From Octopus vulgaris (taxonomy: Eukaryota): a DNA stretch of 64,000 nt. Both the position numbers and the translations under genes were made by a program. Under the pieces are notes generated by a model. That model had not been told where the DNA came from. It did no database searches and saw nothing but the letters and a program-made list of their open reading frames with translations. Location: the NCBI GenBank assembly GCA_951406725.2, contig OX597837.1, forward strand, positions 5,518,001 through 5,582,000, written 5' to 3'. Of the stretch, positions 15,872-29,423 are shown piece by piece; the stretch's first letter is position 1, and every line of letters starts with the position of its first letter.

Positions 15872-16238
15872 AGGTTTGGAGATGATGTACATGTATATAT
15901 ATATATATGTAAATATATATATGTATACATACATACATACATACATATGTTTATGTATGTCTGTATATCTGTGTATTGGTACATAAATTCATATATGCCT
16001 ATATATCTGTGTATATGTGTGTGTATATATATCTGTGTATATGTGTGTATATATGTATCTATAACCGGCCATTTTTAGATGTACTCGTAAATTATTTATT
16101 CTTTATAAGATTTCCTATAAAAACATTACAAAGAGAAGTTGCGTTATTTCATTTGAAATTTTACTTTAAAGAATGGAATACAAACAGCCTCACTTTCAGA
16201 ATTATTTTCTTTTTTGTGTCTCTGCCACTGTTGATTAC

Positions 16239-16348
<110 letters not shown>

Positions 16349-16368
16349 GTCTATCTATCTATCTATCT

Positions 16369-17455
16369 GCGAATGGCACCGCGAGTGTCGCGTTGCTCTC
16401 AAGCAACTCTGCCGTCCTGGGTCGATCTTGAGTGACTTCAACACAACCAAAGCATTCTATAGGGGTTTAGTGGAGGGAAGGTACGACGACGAGCTCGGAG
16501 CGAACCTGGACGTCAACGAGGAGTACCTGACCCGCCTGTTCAGGACGACTTTCGGGCCAGGGCCCATGGACAACTTCCAGAGATCCCTGGCCTGGAAGTG
16601 CTACCGAGAAGCGCTACCCGTTCGGGATAAGCTCTACAGACACGGCTCGAGAAACACGGGGCCGACCTGCCCGAGATGCGGTCAGAGCGATGAAACCGTT
16701 CTGCACGCACTCGTGCAGTGTCCAACAATTTCCGACCTGTGGGCTTGTGTCGAACAACTGCTGTCACGTGTGGGACGAGTCGGTTTATCAGCTGAGTCTA
16801 TCGTCAATATTGTCACGCCTCCCTCCTTCAAACGGGAAGGAAGAGCTATTTTCATCATCCTTGTGGCTATGGCGAAAGAATGTATCTGGTGGACGCGTCT
16901 GAAAGGATTGGAGACAAACACTTTCCTCTCTGGTCAATCTCTCATCAACTTCTTCAAGTACCACTTGAAAAGGAAAGTGAGAGTAGAGAGGCAAGTTTTG
17001 TCTAGCGAATGTTTTAAAAAAAGATGGGTGAATGTAGCAAGAATGGCACGTATGAATGACGAAGCCACCTTGAGCATGATCCTATGAACCCAGAAATTGA
17101 AAACAGAGAGTTGCTTATTTGCAAAAAAAAAAAAAAAGAAATATAACATGTGAGTCCATCAACCGAGGTCACCGTGGTCTTTCCGTAGGCTTTTCTTTCC
17201 ACGGGTAAACCTCACCTGTCCTCCCCTTTACACTTCATATTGACATTTCTGTGATAACGATCCCTATTGATCAATTTTTTTTTCCTCTCCCCCTTTTTTT
17301 TAACCCCCTTTTTTTGTCCTCTTCCTCTCCTTTTACGATCCCTTTTGATCGAAACTCCCCCTTCCTTTTTTTTTTTTTTTAAACCTTCAAAAGAAAAGCT
17401 CTACCTTGTAATTTGTTCTATCTGTGTGCAGCCCTGTGTGGCTAATAAAGAAACA

Positions 17456-17457
<2 letters not shown>
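16369..17457 (+). mobile_element. 5'-truncated Tx1/L1-clade non-LTR retrotransposon (ORF2 C-terminus plus 3' UTR), copy 1
   Basis: The frame is open from about 16371 to the stop at 17085-17087 and contains the zf-RVT-type CCHC motif CPRCGQSDETVLHALVQC and WKCYREALPVRDKL. The 3' UTR is pyrimidine-rich with AATAAA at 17444-17449. (TATC)n lies on both sides, and the sequence is near-identical to 40790-41843. Confidence 0.9.
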
Positions 17458-17489
<32 letters not shown>

Positions 17490-17490
17490 A

Positions 17491-17532
<42 letters not shown>

Positions 17533-18009
17533 CCTATATATCTAGCTATCTATCTATCTCTAAGATTATGTTTGTATATATATATATATGAATGCATATA
17601 GATATATCATATACGTATGTATTTATACATAGCTTTATATGTGTGTATGTATAATATATATATGTATTTATGTATACACACATATATATATATACATACA
17701 TACATACATACATACGTACATATTGTGATCCTTCAAGTAAGGCTTAGCTATTTTTATACATAGCTAAGTACACATAGCAGCAGACATAAGTAAAAACACT
17801 GACAAGCACAGGCTTACAGACACACGAACCACTCACAGAGCCATGCATTAGTATGTATGTATGTATATATAAAAATATATATATATACATGTGAGTATGT
17901 GTATGTACATATATGCATGCGTGTGTATATATATATAGATAGATACATATACATATATATATGTAAACTTTTGCTTATATATGTCCCCGCTTCTCTCTTT
18001 CTCTCTCTC

Positions 18010-18084
<75 letters not shown>

Positions 18085-18611
18085 AAGTATTTTTCTTCCT
18101 TCCACTTTTCTTCCGCCTTCTTTTCCTGTTTCTCTCGGATTTTCCTTCTCCTTTTCCGCAGTATCCGACTCATTAGGGGCATCAAATCCTTCCTTCTCTT
18201 CGGTGGCGTGAAACTTATACATGTTTTAGAATAACTACATATAAATAACTACGTATATATATTTCTATATATATATATATATATATTTATGTACACATGC
18301 GTTTGTTTGTGGATGTATGCATATATATGTACGTGTATATCCGTGGGTGTTTGTGCATATTTTGAAAATATATTTTAGAACGTCATCCATTATATTGAAG
18401 TTAGACGTTTTAGTTTGACGTTACGAAACTATCTAAATTGATATAGCAGTTTCCTGTATCTGACATATATAATTACACAGACTTATATATATATATATAT
18501 ATATATATTTACGTATACAACGCCCTTATCCAACAGGCACATGTATATCAGTATTTCAATGTGTGCGTGTGTCTGTGTAAGTGACCGTGTGCACACGTCT
18601 CTGCGAGTGTA

Positions 18612-18661
<50 letters not shown>

Positions 18662-19185
18662 TATATACATATATATGTGTATTTGTGTGCTTTTGTGTAT
18701 GATTATGGGAGTACATTCGATTCCATTTCTTTCTCATATGAAAGGATAAAATATAGAAAATGTAAAAATGCACATATTACTGCATATCTAAATTTATATA
18801 TATTTCTATATACACGTGCGTCTGTGTGTGTGTGTGTTTTTATAAATATATGCATAGATATACATACACCCACACATGCCCACACACAGACACTCACACA
18901 TACATATACTTGTGCACATCAAATTTAAAATCATGCTCGCTACAGTTTTCTCTCTTTTGTATTCAAGTCTAAAAATTCTATTCTTCTATTGTTTTAAAGT
19001 AACAAAAAAAAAAATGGTTGCATGTCACTGTGAAAACGTAATCACAATCTCAAGATAAATTGCGTTTTCCGAACATAAATTACTGGATGTCCTTGAAGAG
19101 CTGTACATACATTTGCCTGCTCTAGGTTACACATGTTCAAATAAATGTATAAACACATGCTTGTTCGTACATACGTGTGTGTGTC

Positions 19186-19217
<32 letters not shown>

Positions 19218-19287
19218 TGTATGTATGTATGTATGTATGTATGTATGTATGTATGTATATATCACGTTATTTATTTATATAAAGGTC

Positions 19288-19328
<41 letters not shown>

Positions 19329-19330
<2 letters not shown>

Positions 19331-19553
19331 GGAGTAAACACATAAATGTGAAACAAAGTGGAAAAAGAGTGCTCAAATATCAGGAGTAGAGTAATATGCT
19401 TTATTTAAGAGCAGCAGAAATTCAACAAAAACTGTTACTCGGAGTTTCACGTTCCCGTTCGTCGGGATTTTTTTTTTAACAAAACTGTCCAACGCACGGA
19501 ACGTGAAACTCCGAGTAACATGTTTTGTTGAATTTCTGCTGCTTTTAAATAAA

Positions 19554-19559
<6 letters not shown>
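19329..19559. mobile_element. (TA)n-embedded element with ~70 bp inverted arms, each carrying a hammerhead-like motif
   Basis: The arms are at about 19394-19465 and 19488-19559. The minus arm reads CCGACGA-ACG-ggaa-CGT-GAAACTCCGAGTA. Confidence 0.7.
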
Positions 19560-19588
<29 letters not shown>

Positions 19589-19999
19589 GTTATCTACTAT
19601 TCGTATATAGATATATATACTATATATTATCTACTATTTATATATATATATATTTATATGTATATACATGTGTGTGTGTGTGTGTGTGTGGAGGTTCATG
19701 GCCCAGTGGTTAGGTCAGCGGTCTCATGGTTTCGATTCCCAGACCGAGCGCTGTGTGTATTTATTGAGTGAAAACACCTAAAAGCTCCACGAGGCTCTGG
19801 CAGGAGGTAGTGGCGACCCCTGTGGTACTCTTTCGCCACAACTTTCTCTCACTCTCTCTACCTGTTTCTTGGGTAACGCTGCGGTGGACTGGCCTCACGT
19901 CCAGCTGGGGGCAACACGTACGTCACAGAAACCTGGAGACTGGACCCATGAAACTGGCTAGGCTTGAAAAAGGGCTACGTTAATCTTTTATATATATAT

Positions 20000-20189
20000 A
20001 GAGAGAGTTGAAATTTACAGAGAAACAAAATACGTAGACAGGTATATTAAACAAAATGGTAGGTGTATTAGTTTGCCGGCCGGGAACGCGAGAACCTTTT
20101 TTTACTTTTCAAGCCTATGCTCTTCAACAATAAGAGAAAATAAACTAAGAATAAAAACATAAACTTGTGGATTTACCAATCAATCATGG

Positions 20190-20191
<2 letters not shown>
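20000..20191 (-). mobile_element. Degenerate copy of the same (TA)n-embedded repeat family
   Basis: The minus strand has ttgttgaagagcataggcttgaaaagtaa and the shared aaactaatacacc motif. Confidence 0.55.
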
Positions 20192-20248
<57 letters not shown>

Positions 20249-20280
20249 TAGATAGATAAACAGATAGATAGATAGATTGT

Positions 20281-20322
<42 letters not shown>

Positions 20323-20364
20323 CGATCGATTGGTAGATAGATAGATAGATAAACAGATAGATTG

Positions 20365-20532
20365 ATACAGTGTACATTTAAACACATAAGAGATGGCCAT
20401 AATCGGACATCTAAACCGCTAGAAGAAGTTAAAATCCAAACCACAATTAGGGGTTTGGATTTTAACTACTCTTTCTAGCAGTTTAGATGTCCGATTATAG
20501 CCATCTCTTATGTATTTAAATGTACACTGTAT
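20365..20532. repeat. Inverted repeat with ~78 bp arms and a short loop
   Basis: atacagtgtacatttaaa...aaaatccaaacc pairs with ggtttggatttt...tttaaatgtacactgtat. Confidence 0.9.
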
Positions 20533-20731
20533 ATATAATGAATGATATATAGTCTATTGACTAGTTTTTTCTACAGGCTGTGCCACGGTGGCATAAGTGA
20601 CGTGTACGTGTATACTCCAGCACCGGTTTGTACACGTACCCGGTGTGTACACGTATAATGGCGCTGGGAAACAAACACAGACACGACACGCACAAACACA
20701 CAAATACACGCATGCACACAAACACACATGC

Positions 20732-20784
<53 letters not shown>

Positions 20785-20787
<3 letters not shown>

Positions 20788-20926
20788 TTCTTTTTACTCT
20801 GTCCCTTTCTGTAGAAGAGCGTAGGCTCGAAACGTAAAAGACTTTTTCCATTCCTGAGCGTTATACTAATACATCTGTTTGTTTTGTATACCACCTGTCT
20901 TCGTCTTTTGCTTTTTCGTAAACTCT

Positions 20927-20929
<3 letters not shown>
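20785..20929 (+). mobile_element. (TA)n-embedded short repeat with hammerhead-like motif (U6 core variant)
   Basis: 20809-20837 reads cttt-CTGTAGA-a-GAGC-gtag-GCTC-GAAACGTA-aaag, with (TA)n on both sides. Confidence 0.7.
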
Positions 20930-20999
<70 letters not shown>

Positions 21000-21449
21000 T
21001 ATATACACACACACGACAGGCTTCTTTAAGGTTTCGTCTCTCATATCCACTGAAAAGTTTTTGTGTCGTCGCGAGGCTATATTAGAAGACTTCTCCAAGG
21101 CGCCACACAGTGAAACTGAACCTGGAACCAGACGTTCCGGAAGCAAACTTCTTTCCACGCTGCCACTCCTGTGTCCATATGCTTTCGGTTCCATGCGTAT
21201 GAATGTATGTTATTTATTTAATTTTATAACCAGTTTTCTCTCCAATGGCGAATGGATCGCTTTCTAATAAAGATCCAACGCACTCCCTCATTAAAATTTC
21301 AACACCAGCAGGATAGCTGTGCATGTATGTGTGTATATGTGCAAGTATTTGACGCCAGGGCATGTACAAACCTGTGTGGTTTCCTTACTGTATGTGTACG
21401 CATACATGTAATTTCATGTATACACACGTGCATGTGTATTCATATGCTC

Positions 21450-21660
21450 AACATTTTATATGCTTGACAGTTTCACTGATGGCTTGAATCTCTAGTTTTC
21501 TAATTAATTCCCTCCTTGTTGGTCTTGCAAAACCTCATTCCTCAAGATTTGTATTGAGGCATTTGGTTACACATCCAAGTGCCCCAATATTTACCAGCGT
21601 AAATCTAAACTTGTAGAATACAAATTTTCTCTTTTGCATTAAGTCTCTAATATCGTGATA
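21450..21660 (-). mobile_element. Old, degenerate R4/Dong-like RLE C-terminal fragment
   Basis: The minus strand reads YKFRFTLVNIGALGCVTKCLNTNLEE*GFARPTRRELIRKLEIQAISETVK, resembling the 'PVIIGALG' C-terminus of RLE-type elements. Confidence 0.6.
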
Positions 21661-22493
21661 AAACACCAGTAATTCACTCGGGTGTTCTGATTTCAGGCTC
21701 GTTGATTATTATGACAGATTGTAGGTACGACATTTTGTGGATTCAGAGATGACATTTTTCAAAATTAACTGTTTCAGAGTGATTTACCTCTTATTTTAAG
21801 CTGGTTAAGCAACTGTGGGGGCGCTTGGCTTAGTGGTTAAGGTGTTGAAGTCACGATCCTAAGATTGTAGTTTTGATTCCTGGCCAGGAATCTCCGCTGT
21901 GTTCTTGAGGAAAATACTTCATTTCAGGTTGTCCCTGTTCGCTCAGATGTAGGAATGAGTTTAGTCTGGAGAGGAATGGAATCCACCAGGCTTTCTCGCC
22001 CTAGATACTCTGCAAGGTTGCAGCGTCCCAACTACTTTCAATGGATTAAGGGTCTGGACAATGTCGGTGTCAATAAGCGCTGTCAGCATATCTGTGATGG
22101 CTATTGCTGTTATATAGACACAAAGTAGACTTGAGAGGGCAGACACTTCGTGAAAATTATGCCAACCTCGATTATAATTATCCGAATCGTTTGGATAGCG
22201 AAGGGTGTATTTGTAACCAACCCCTTACATCTAGTTTTCTATCACTATCCGCTAAAATGTAACAGTTTTGTATACATAGATATAGATTAAAGTATATGCA
22301 CAAATAATAATCGAAGACAAACATGCCAAAAAAATGTAAACACATACGTACACTCACACACACACACACACACACAGACATGCTCCGTGCATAAATATCA
22401 GGAAAAGATCAGCCATATAATTTAGTATGAAATGACTTACACAGACACACATATATTGCTACTGATATATATGCATATATATTTATAGTTAAG

Positions 22494-22644
<151 letters not shown>

Positions 22645-22682
22645 TGATATGAATATATATATGCATATATAATTATATTTAT

Positions 22683-22713
<31 letters not shown>

Positions 22714-22742
22714 CCTATATATATATATATGTATATACATCT

Positions 22743-22800
<58 letters not shown>

Positions 22801-23232
22801 AACATATGTAGTTATATATTTGTAGGTATTAGAGTATAGATTCTGGTGTACACATATGTTTAGAACAGACAATGTATGTGTGTACACGCAAATACATAAA
22901 AATTTCGAGATAAACAGAATTTTAAGTCTACGTATGAAAAAATCTCATAAAATTTAAGTCTGAGCAATATTTTATTTCCATAAAGTAAATAGATGTTGGT
23001 ACTCTTTTCTGTTTTCCCAAACAACAGCATTGAAAAAAACAGATACTTTTACTTTACATAGAAGCAATGACTTATATATATACATATATATATACACCCA
23101 CCACACACCCACAAACCTAACTACCTATCTACCTGCCTACATGCTTAACAACATACATATCTACCTGCCTACATATAAACACACACACTCTCTCTGTCTC
23201 TCTGTCTCTCTGTCTCTCTGTCTCTCTCTCTT

Positions 23233-23289
<57 letters not shown>

Positions 23290-23377
23290 AAGACACACAC
23301 AGATATATATTTATATATGTAAAACTACATGTTTGTGCTTGCGTATATATGTACCTGTATAAATATCGAAATTATAA

Positions 23378-23431
<54 letters not shown>

Positions 23432-23640
23432 CTTAAGATATACATCGGCACAAAATATTTATACGTCACTCAGACATAAACACTTTGATACGTATAGCTA
23501 TACACACAAGCACACACACACATACACACACATACACATACACACATAACTATGTATGTATCTATATCTATATCTACATCTACAAATATTCAAATTATAT
23601 GTGTGTATGAGTGTGTGCATATAGGAATATATGTATATAC

Positions 23641-23675
<35 letters not shown>

Positions 23676-23678
23676 ATG

Positions 23679-23764
<86 letters not shown>

Positions 23765-23765
<1 letters not shown>

Positions 23766-24470
23766 GAGCTAATAATATATTCACTGGGTAATCTGTAAAA
23801 ACCTGGATTTGCCCCATGAAAAAATCTGGTGGGAACACAAACCACCCCCAGTGCTTGAAAATGACCACATCTCACTCCTCTGGAACTTCACCATTCAAAC
23901 TGACAGGAAGATAGATGCAAATAGGCCAGACATCATATTGAAAGACTTCAAACAAAGAACATGCCTCCTCATTGATATGACTGTCCCAATCGATATAAAC
24001 GTATCTGTCAAGACCTACCAAAAACTGAGCAAATATAAAGATCTTGAAATAGAAATCAGCAAAATGTGGAAGCTGAAGACTAAAACAATACCTGTTGTAA
24101 TGCCCTGGGAATGATAGCAAAAGGGGCTGATAGCTACCTAACTCAGATACCAGGAAACCCCAAAATGGCAGAAATTCAAAAGATAGTGCTCATGGGAACT
24201 GCTCATATCCTACGCAAAATACACTCTATGTAATCTCAAGGTTTAAAACAAACATAATTTTCGGTTTAAAAGAAAAAAAAAAAGAAGAAAAATAAAACCT
24301 TTTTTTTTTTTTTTTTTTAGACATTCATTAGTACAACATTTCCCCACCCCCCAAATATATGGCACACTAGGCATAACAACAACATGAACTTCCAACCCTG
24401 TTGTCTCTTGAGGTCTCTGGGTGAGACTTGGAGCCAACTTGTACAAATATAAAGCAAAAGTCAAACATAG
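23765..24470 (+). mobile_element. 5'-truncated R4/Dong-like non-LTR retrotransposon (restriction-like endonuclease domain plus 3' UTR)
   Basis: It translates as YIHWVICK...LLWNFTIQTDRKIDANRPDIILKDFKQRTCLLIDMTVP...KLSKYKDLEIEISKMWKLKTKTIPVV, then frameshifts into ALGMIAKG...IQKIVLMGTAHILRK with a stop at 24231-24233. This carries the PD..D RLE motif, and (AAT)n lies on both sides. Confidence 0.88.
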
Positions 24471-24772
24471 AATAATAATAATAATAATAATAATAATAGT
24501 AGGGAGTATATCCAAACTTCCAAGGAAAAATTAGATTTAGGATTAAATCACATTTCACAGTATTAATATAAATTAAATTAGAGATAAAACCACCACTATC
24601 AGGCAACTCAAACAGTGATAGACATAAACCAAAACAAAAACAAAAAATAAATATAATTAATATAATATAAAATTTAAAATTTTAATGATTTATATTTTAA
24701 ATTTTTTAAATTTTTATATTTTTAAATTTTTAAATTAAAAAAATGTTTTTATCATATTTTTTATGCATATAT

Positions 24773-24826
<54 letters not shown>

Positions 24827-25341
24827 ATGCAGAATCAAATACATTAAGAGAAATGAGTAGTTGATGACCTAACAATGTGTCATTGTGGGAATTGTGTGAA
24901 TGAGAAATATATAAAAAATTGGAGATGAAGAAAGAAAATCCAGAAGCGTTATCAAATTTATAATGTATTCCATATTGCAGGCTTTGCTAAAAAGGGTTAT
25001 TTGGTAGTAAAACAGTAGGAAATGAAATGGCAATATATTCTGGTTACTACTAAGATTATGTAGAGAGGGAGAGAGTAAAAACAAATAAGTAAACCAGGTA
25101 AAGCATAGAAAATAGATAAGGTAGAGAACGAGAGGGAGAAAAGGTGCGTTAGACAGAAAGGAGGTGAGAACCAGAGTACGTGTGTTGAAGATACTGATGT
25201 ATATGTGTATATTGAAGTGTAGTGGAAATTGCGGTATTGTCATTTATGCAGGTGTTAAATAGAAGCTAATATGAACCACGGAATATTTAGTGGGTGTATA
25301 CATGAACGCAGTACTCAATGAATATGATGATTTCAGCTAAG

Positions 25342-25429
<88 letters not shown>

Positions 25430-25672
25430 CATACATATATATATGTATGTATATACATATCTGCAGATACACACACACACATATATAAATACACATACAA
25501 CCCGTTTGTATAATTACATAATGCATCTATGTGTGCATGTTTATATGCATATATATGCATGTATTTATGTATATATGTATATACATATACATACATACAT
25601 ACATACATATATATATATATATGTATATATATACATATACATACATATATATATGTATATATATACATATAC

Positions 25673-25764
<92 letters not shown>

Positions 25765-26659
25765 GCGTGTGTGTCTGTATATATGTATATATATATACAC
25801 CCGCAGATGTGGATACATAGCACTCTCCACCTCACATGTATTGCCTGGAGCGGTTCATACATTTAGAAAGCTGTAAATGATAGTGACACGAAAAAAGCTT
25901 TTTATGAACAAGAAACGTTAGAACCGTATTCGAAGCACAAAGTGCATCACATATGCTGAAATTAATTTCTATTATTTCAGCTCTACTTTTCAATCCGTCT
26001 CCCGAAAAATTTTTAATTCATTTCTTCTTCAATTTGCTTTTGTTTAATATAGATTGTTCCAGAGATATTTTTTAAAGATTACTTTCGCATGTAATGTACG
26101 CCAATATGGAAATTCATGCGAACTTATTGATACGAATGTGGCTGTTTGGTTAGTGCGTTTGCCTTCTCATAAAATTGTCTCAGGTTCAAGCGCAGTGTAT
26201 GAAGCCTTTTTTTTCTTTTTACTTGCTTCACTTATTGGACTACAGTGATATTGGGGTACCGTAATGAAAGGTTTCGTAGAATAAATCGACCCCGTTATTT
26301 ATCATTTGAAGTCTACTATTTATTCTAAGGGTGTCTCTTTGCCGAACCGCTTTTTTCTCTTACATTCTTTTTCCACTCTCACCTATCTTCTCTCACAAGT
26401 TCACCTTCTTTTAGATCTCTCTCTCTCTCTCTGATTCCCCCTATACTTTCACGCGTGTCTTACTCTCCATATCTGCCATCCCTTCTCACTTCATCAATAT
26501 CTCTCCCCTATGTCTCTCTCTTCTCGTCTCTCTATAACATTCTTACTCTCTCTAAATATTTCTTATTCTCTTTCCTTGTCTGTTTCTCTTTCTAAACCCA
26601 ACACCCACTTCCCACCCTCTCTCTTACTTCTATTCTCTCTATAATGTTCTTAAATACAT

Positions 26660-27060
26660 ATACATATACCCAGGCCTATTTCCCATTTTTTATGAGGGGT
26701 TAGCCACAACAAGACACACACCGGGCATCCCATTCATTTCCCAGCTCAAAAAGGCAAGCCCCTTCCTATGCTCGGGGGTCAAGGCATAGAATGCAAACCC
26801 CGAATATCAGTAGCGGGGCCGGATAATATATGCTGGTTTACAACCCAGCTCCCGCCGCATCTTGCTGGTTTCGTACCCCTTTCAGCAACATCAAAGTCAA
26901 TCATCCGTCCACAAACAGTCTCGAAGCTTTCCTATCATTTACAGACTCTCTTGCCTCTCTCACTCCAACACCAAATGGACAGACGAATGCTGAGGTGGCT
27001 TGGCCGCATAGAGAAGATGGATGAGGAGCGGATGGTAAGGCGGGTGATGAAGGCAGGGAG
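26660..27060. mobile_element. RTE-like LINE 3' end with a 5' inversion
   Basis: Plus strand 26975-27060 reads MDRRMLRWLGRIEKMDEERMVRRVMKA. Minus strand 26972-26901 reads GVGVREARESVNDRKASRLFVDG* and is followed by a putative 3' UTR. Confidence 0.65.
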
Positions 27061-27164
27061 ATCACTCTTGCTTCCATATATCTCTTTCGTTTCTTCCTAT
27101 AAGACTCCCATTCCCACCCTGTCTGTTTTACTTTATCGCAATAGCTCTCATTTTCTCTCTCTCT

Positions 27165-28341
27165 CCCCTTCAGCAACACTCCACTACTTCTCTCTTTCTC
27201 TCTCTCTTTCTCATTCTCACTGTTTCAGCAACACTCCACTACTTCGATCTCTCTCTCTTTCACTCCTTCAGCAACACTCCACTCCTTCTCACTCTTTCTC
27301 TCTCTCTCTCTCACTCCTTCTCCCTCTCTCTCTCTTTCACTCCTTCAGCAACACTCCACTACTTCTCTCTCTCTCACTCTCTCTCACTCCTTCAGCAACA
27401 CTCCACTACTTCTCTCTCTCTCTCTCTCTCTTTCACTCTTTCAGCAACACTTCACTACTTCTCTCTCTCACTCCTTCAGCAACACTCCACTACTTCTCTC
27501 TCTCTCTCTCTCTTTCACTCTTTCAGCAACACTCCACTACTCTCTCTCTCTCTCTCTCTCTCACTCCTTCAGCAACACTCCACTACTTCTCTCTCTCACT
27601 CTCTCTCACTCCTTCAGCAACACTCCACTACTTCTCTCTCTCTCTCTCTCTCTCTCTTACTCCTTCAGTATCACTCCGCTCTTTCTCCCTTTCTCTCTCT
27701 TTCACTCTTTCAGCAACACTCCACTACTTCTCTCTCTCTCACTCTCTCACTCCTTCAGCAACACTCCACTACTTCTCTCTCTCTCTCTCTCTTTCACTCT
27801 TTCAGCAACACTCCACTACTTCTCTCTTTCTCTCTCTCTCACTCCTTCAGCAACACTCCACTACTTCTCTCTCTCTCTCTCTCTCTCTCACTCCTTCAGC
27901 AACACTCCACTACTTCTCTCTCTCTCTCTCTCACTCCTTCAGCAACACTCCACTACTTCTCTCTCTCTCACTCCTTCAGCAACACTCCACTACTTCTCTC
28001 TCTCTCTCTCACTCCTTCAGCAACACTCCACTACTTCTCTCTCTCTCTCTCTCTCACTCCTTCAGCAACACTCCACTACTTCTCTCTCTCTCACTCCTTC
28101 AGCAACACTCCACTACTTCTCTCTCTCTCTCTCACTCCTTCAGCAACACTCCACTACTTCTCTCTCTCTCTCTCTCTCACTCATTCAGCAACACTCCACT
28201 ACTTCTCTCTCTCTCTCTCTCTCTCACTCCTTCAGCAACACTCCACTACTTCTCTCTCTCTCTCTCTCTCTCACTCCTTCAGCAACACTCCACTACTTCT
28301 CTCTCTCTCTCTCTCTTTCACTCTTTCAGCAACACTCCACT

Positions 28342-28377
<36 letters not shown>

Positions 28378-28394
28378 TTCAGCAACACTCCACT

Positions 28395-28431
<37 letters not shown>

Positions 28432-28550
28432 ATTCAGCAACACTCCACTACTTCTCTCTCTCTCTCTCTCTCTCTCACTCCTTCAGCAACACTCCACTAC
28501 TTCTCTCTCTCTCTCTCTCTCACTGTTTCAGCAACACTCCACTCCTTCTT
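27165..28550 (+). repeat. Compound minisatellite, about 30 units of cactccttcagcaacactccactactt plus variable (CT)n
   Basis: The tandem units (about 37-55 bp) are directly visible and explain the spurious 651-aa ORF. Confidence 0.95.
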
Positions 28551-29142
28551 TCTCTCCCTCTCTCATTTTACCACTCCCACTCCCAGAAGTTTCTTTTACT
28601 CGTACTTCACTTTTCTCTCTCTTTCACTCTTTCACCCACTTTCTCCCCCCCCCAACCACTGTCTTTCTCGCTTGCTCTATCGCATTCACCATCACCTCTT
28701 CACCCTCTCATTATCATCGGTAACCAGGGTGGTTGTTAAGAAGACAAATATTGACACTTCACAGTGATGGAAACCAGCAATTGTTCTTGTATTACAACAT
28801 CACAATAAACAAGTTCAAATAAGAACAAAAAACAAGAACAAACACCATTATTCTTGGGAATTCCTCTTGTATTAACAAATCCCATATGATTGATCTATCA
28901 CAATTCGAAACATTCACTAAACCGTAAACATTATTCTTGAAGCAAAAGAAAGTCGTTTATTTATATTTCTCGTTTTAAGTTTAGAATAATGCAAAGATAA
29001 AAAAAACATAAAATAAAACTAATGTAACAACAACAAACATATCAACAATAATAGCAACAATAATGATAATGATGATTGTAGTTATAATAATAAGAATAAA
29101 ATAATAATAATAATAAAAATAATAATAGTAATAGTAATTGTA

Positions 29143-29196
<54 letters not shown>

Positions 29197-29294
29197 TAAT
29201 AATAATAATGTTGATGATAATAATAATGTTGATGATGATAATAATAATAATAGTAATAATAATAATAAAAATAATAATAATAATGATAATAATG

Positions 29295-29342
<48 letters not shown>

Positions 29343-29384
29343 TTGATGATAATAATAATAACAATAATAATAATAATAATAATA

Positions 29385-29420
<36 letters not shown>

Positions 29421-29423
<3 letters not shown>

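Noticed and set aside
27165-28550. CRISPR-like repeat/spacer appearance
   Set aside because: The spacers are only (CT)n rather than unique sequence, there are no cas genes, and the context is eukaryotic.
26768-28723. 651-aa ORF, the longest in the window
   Set aside because: It is an RTE fragment fused to a stop-free CT-rich minisatellite, not a gene.
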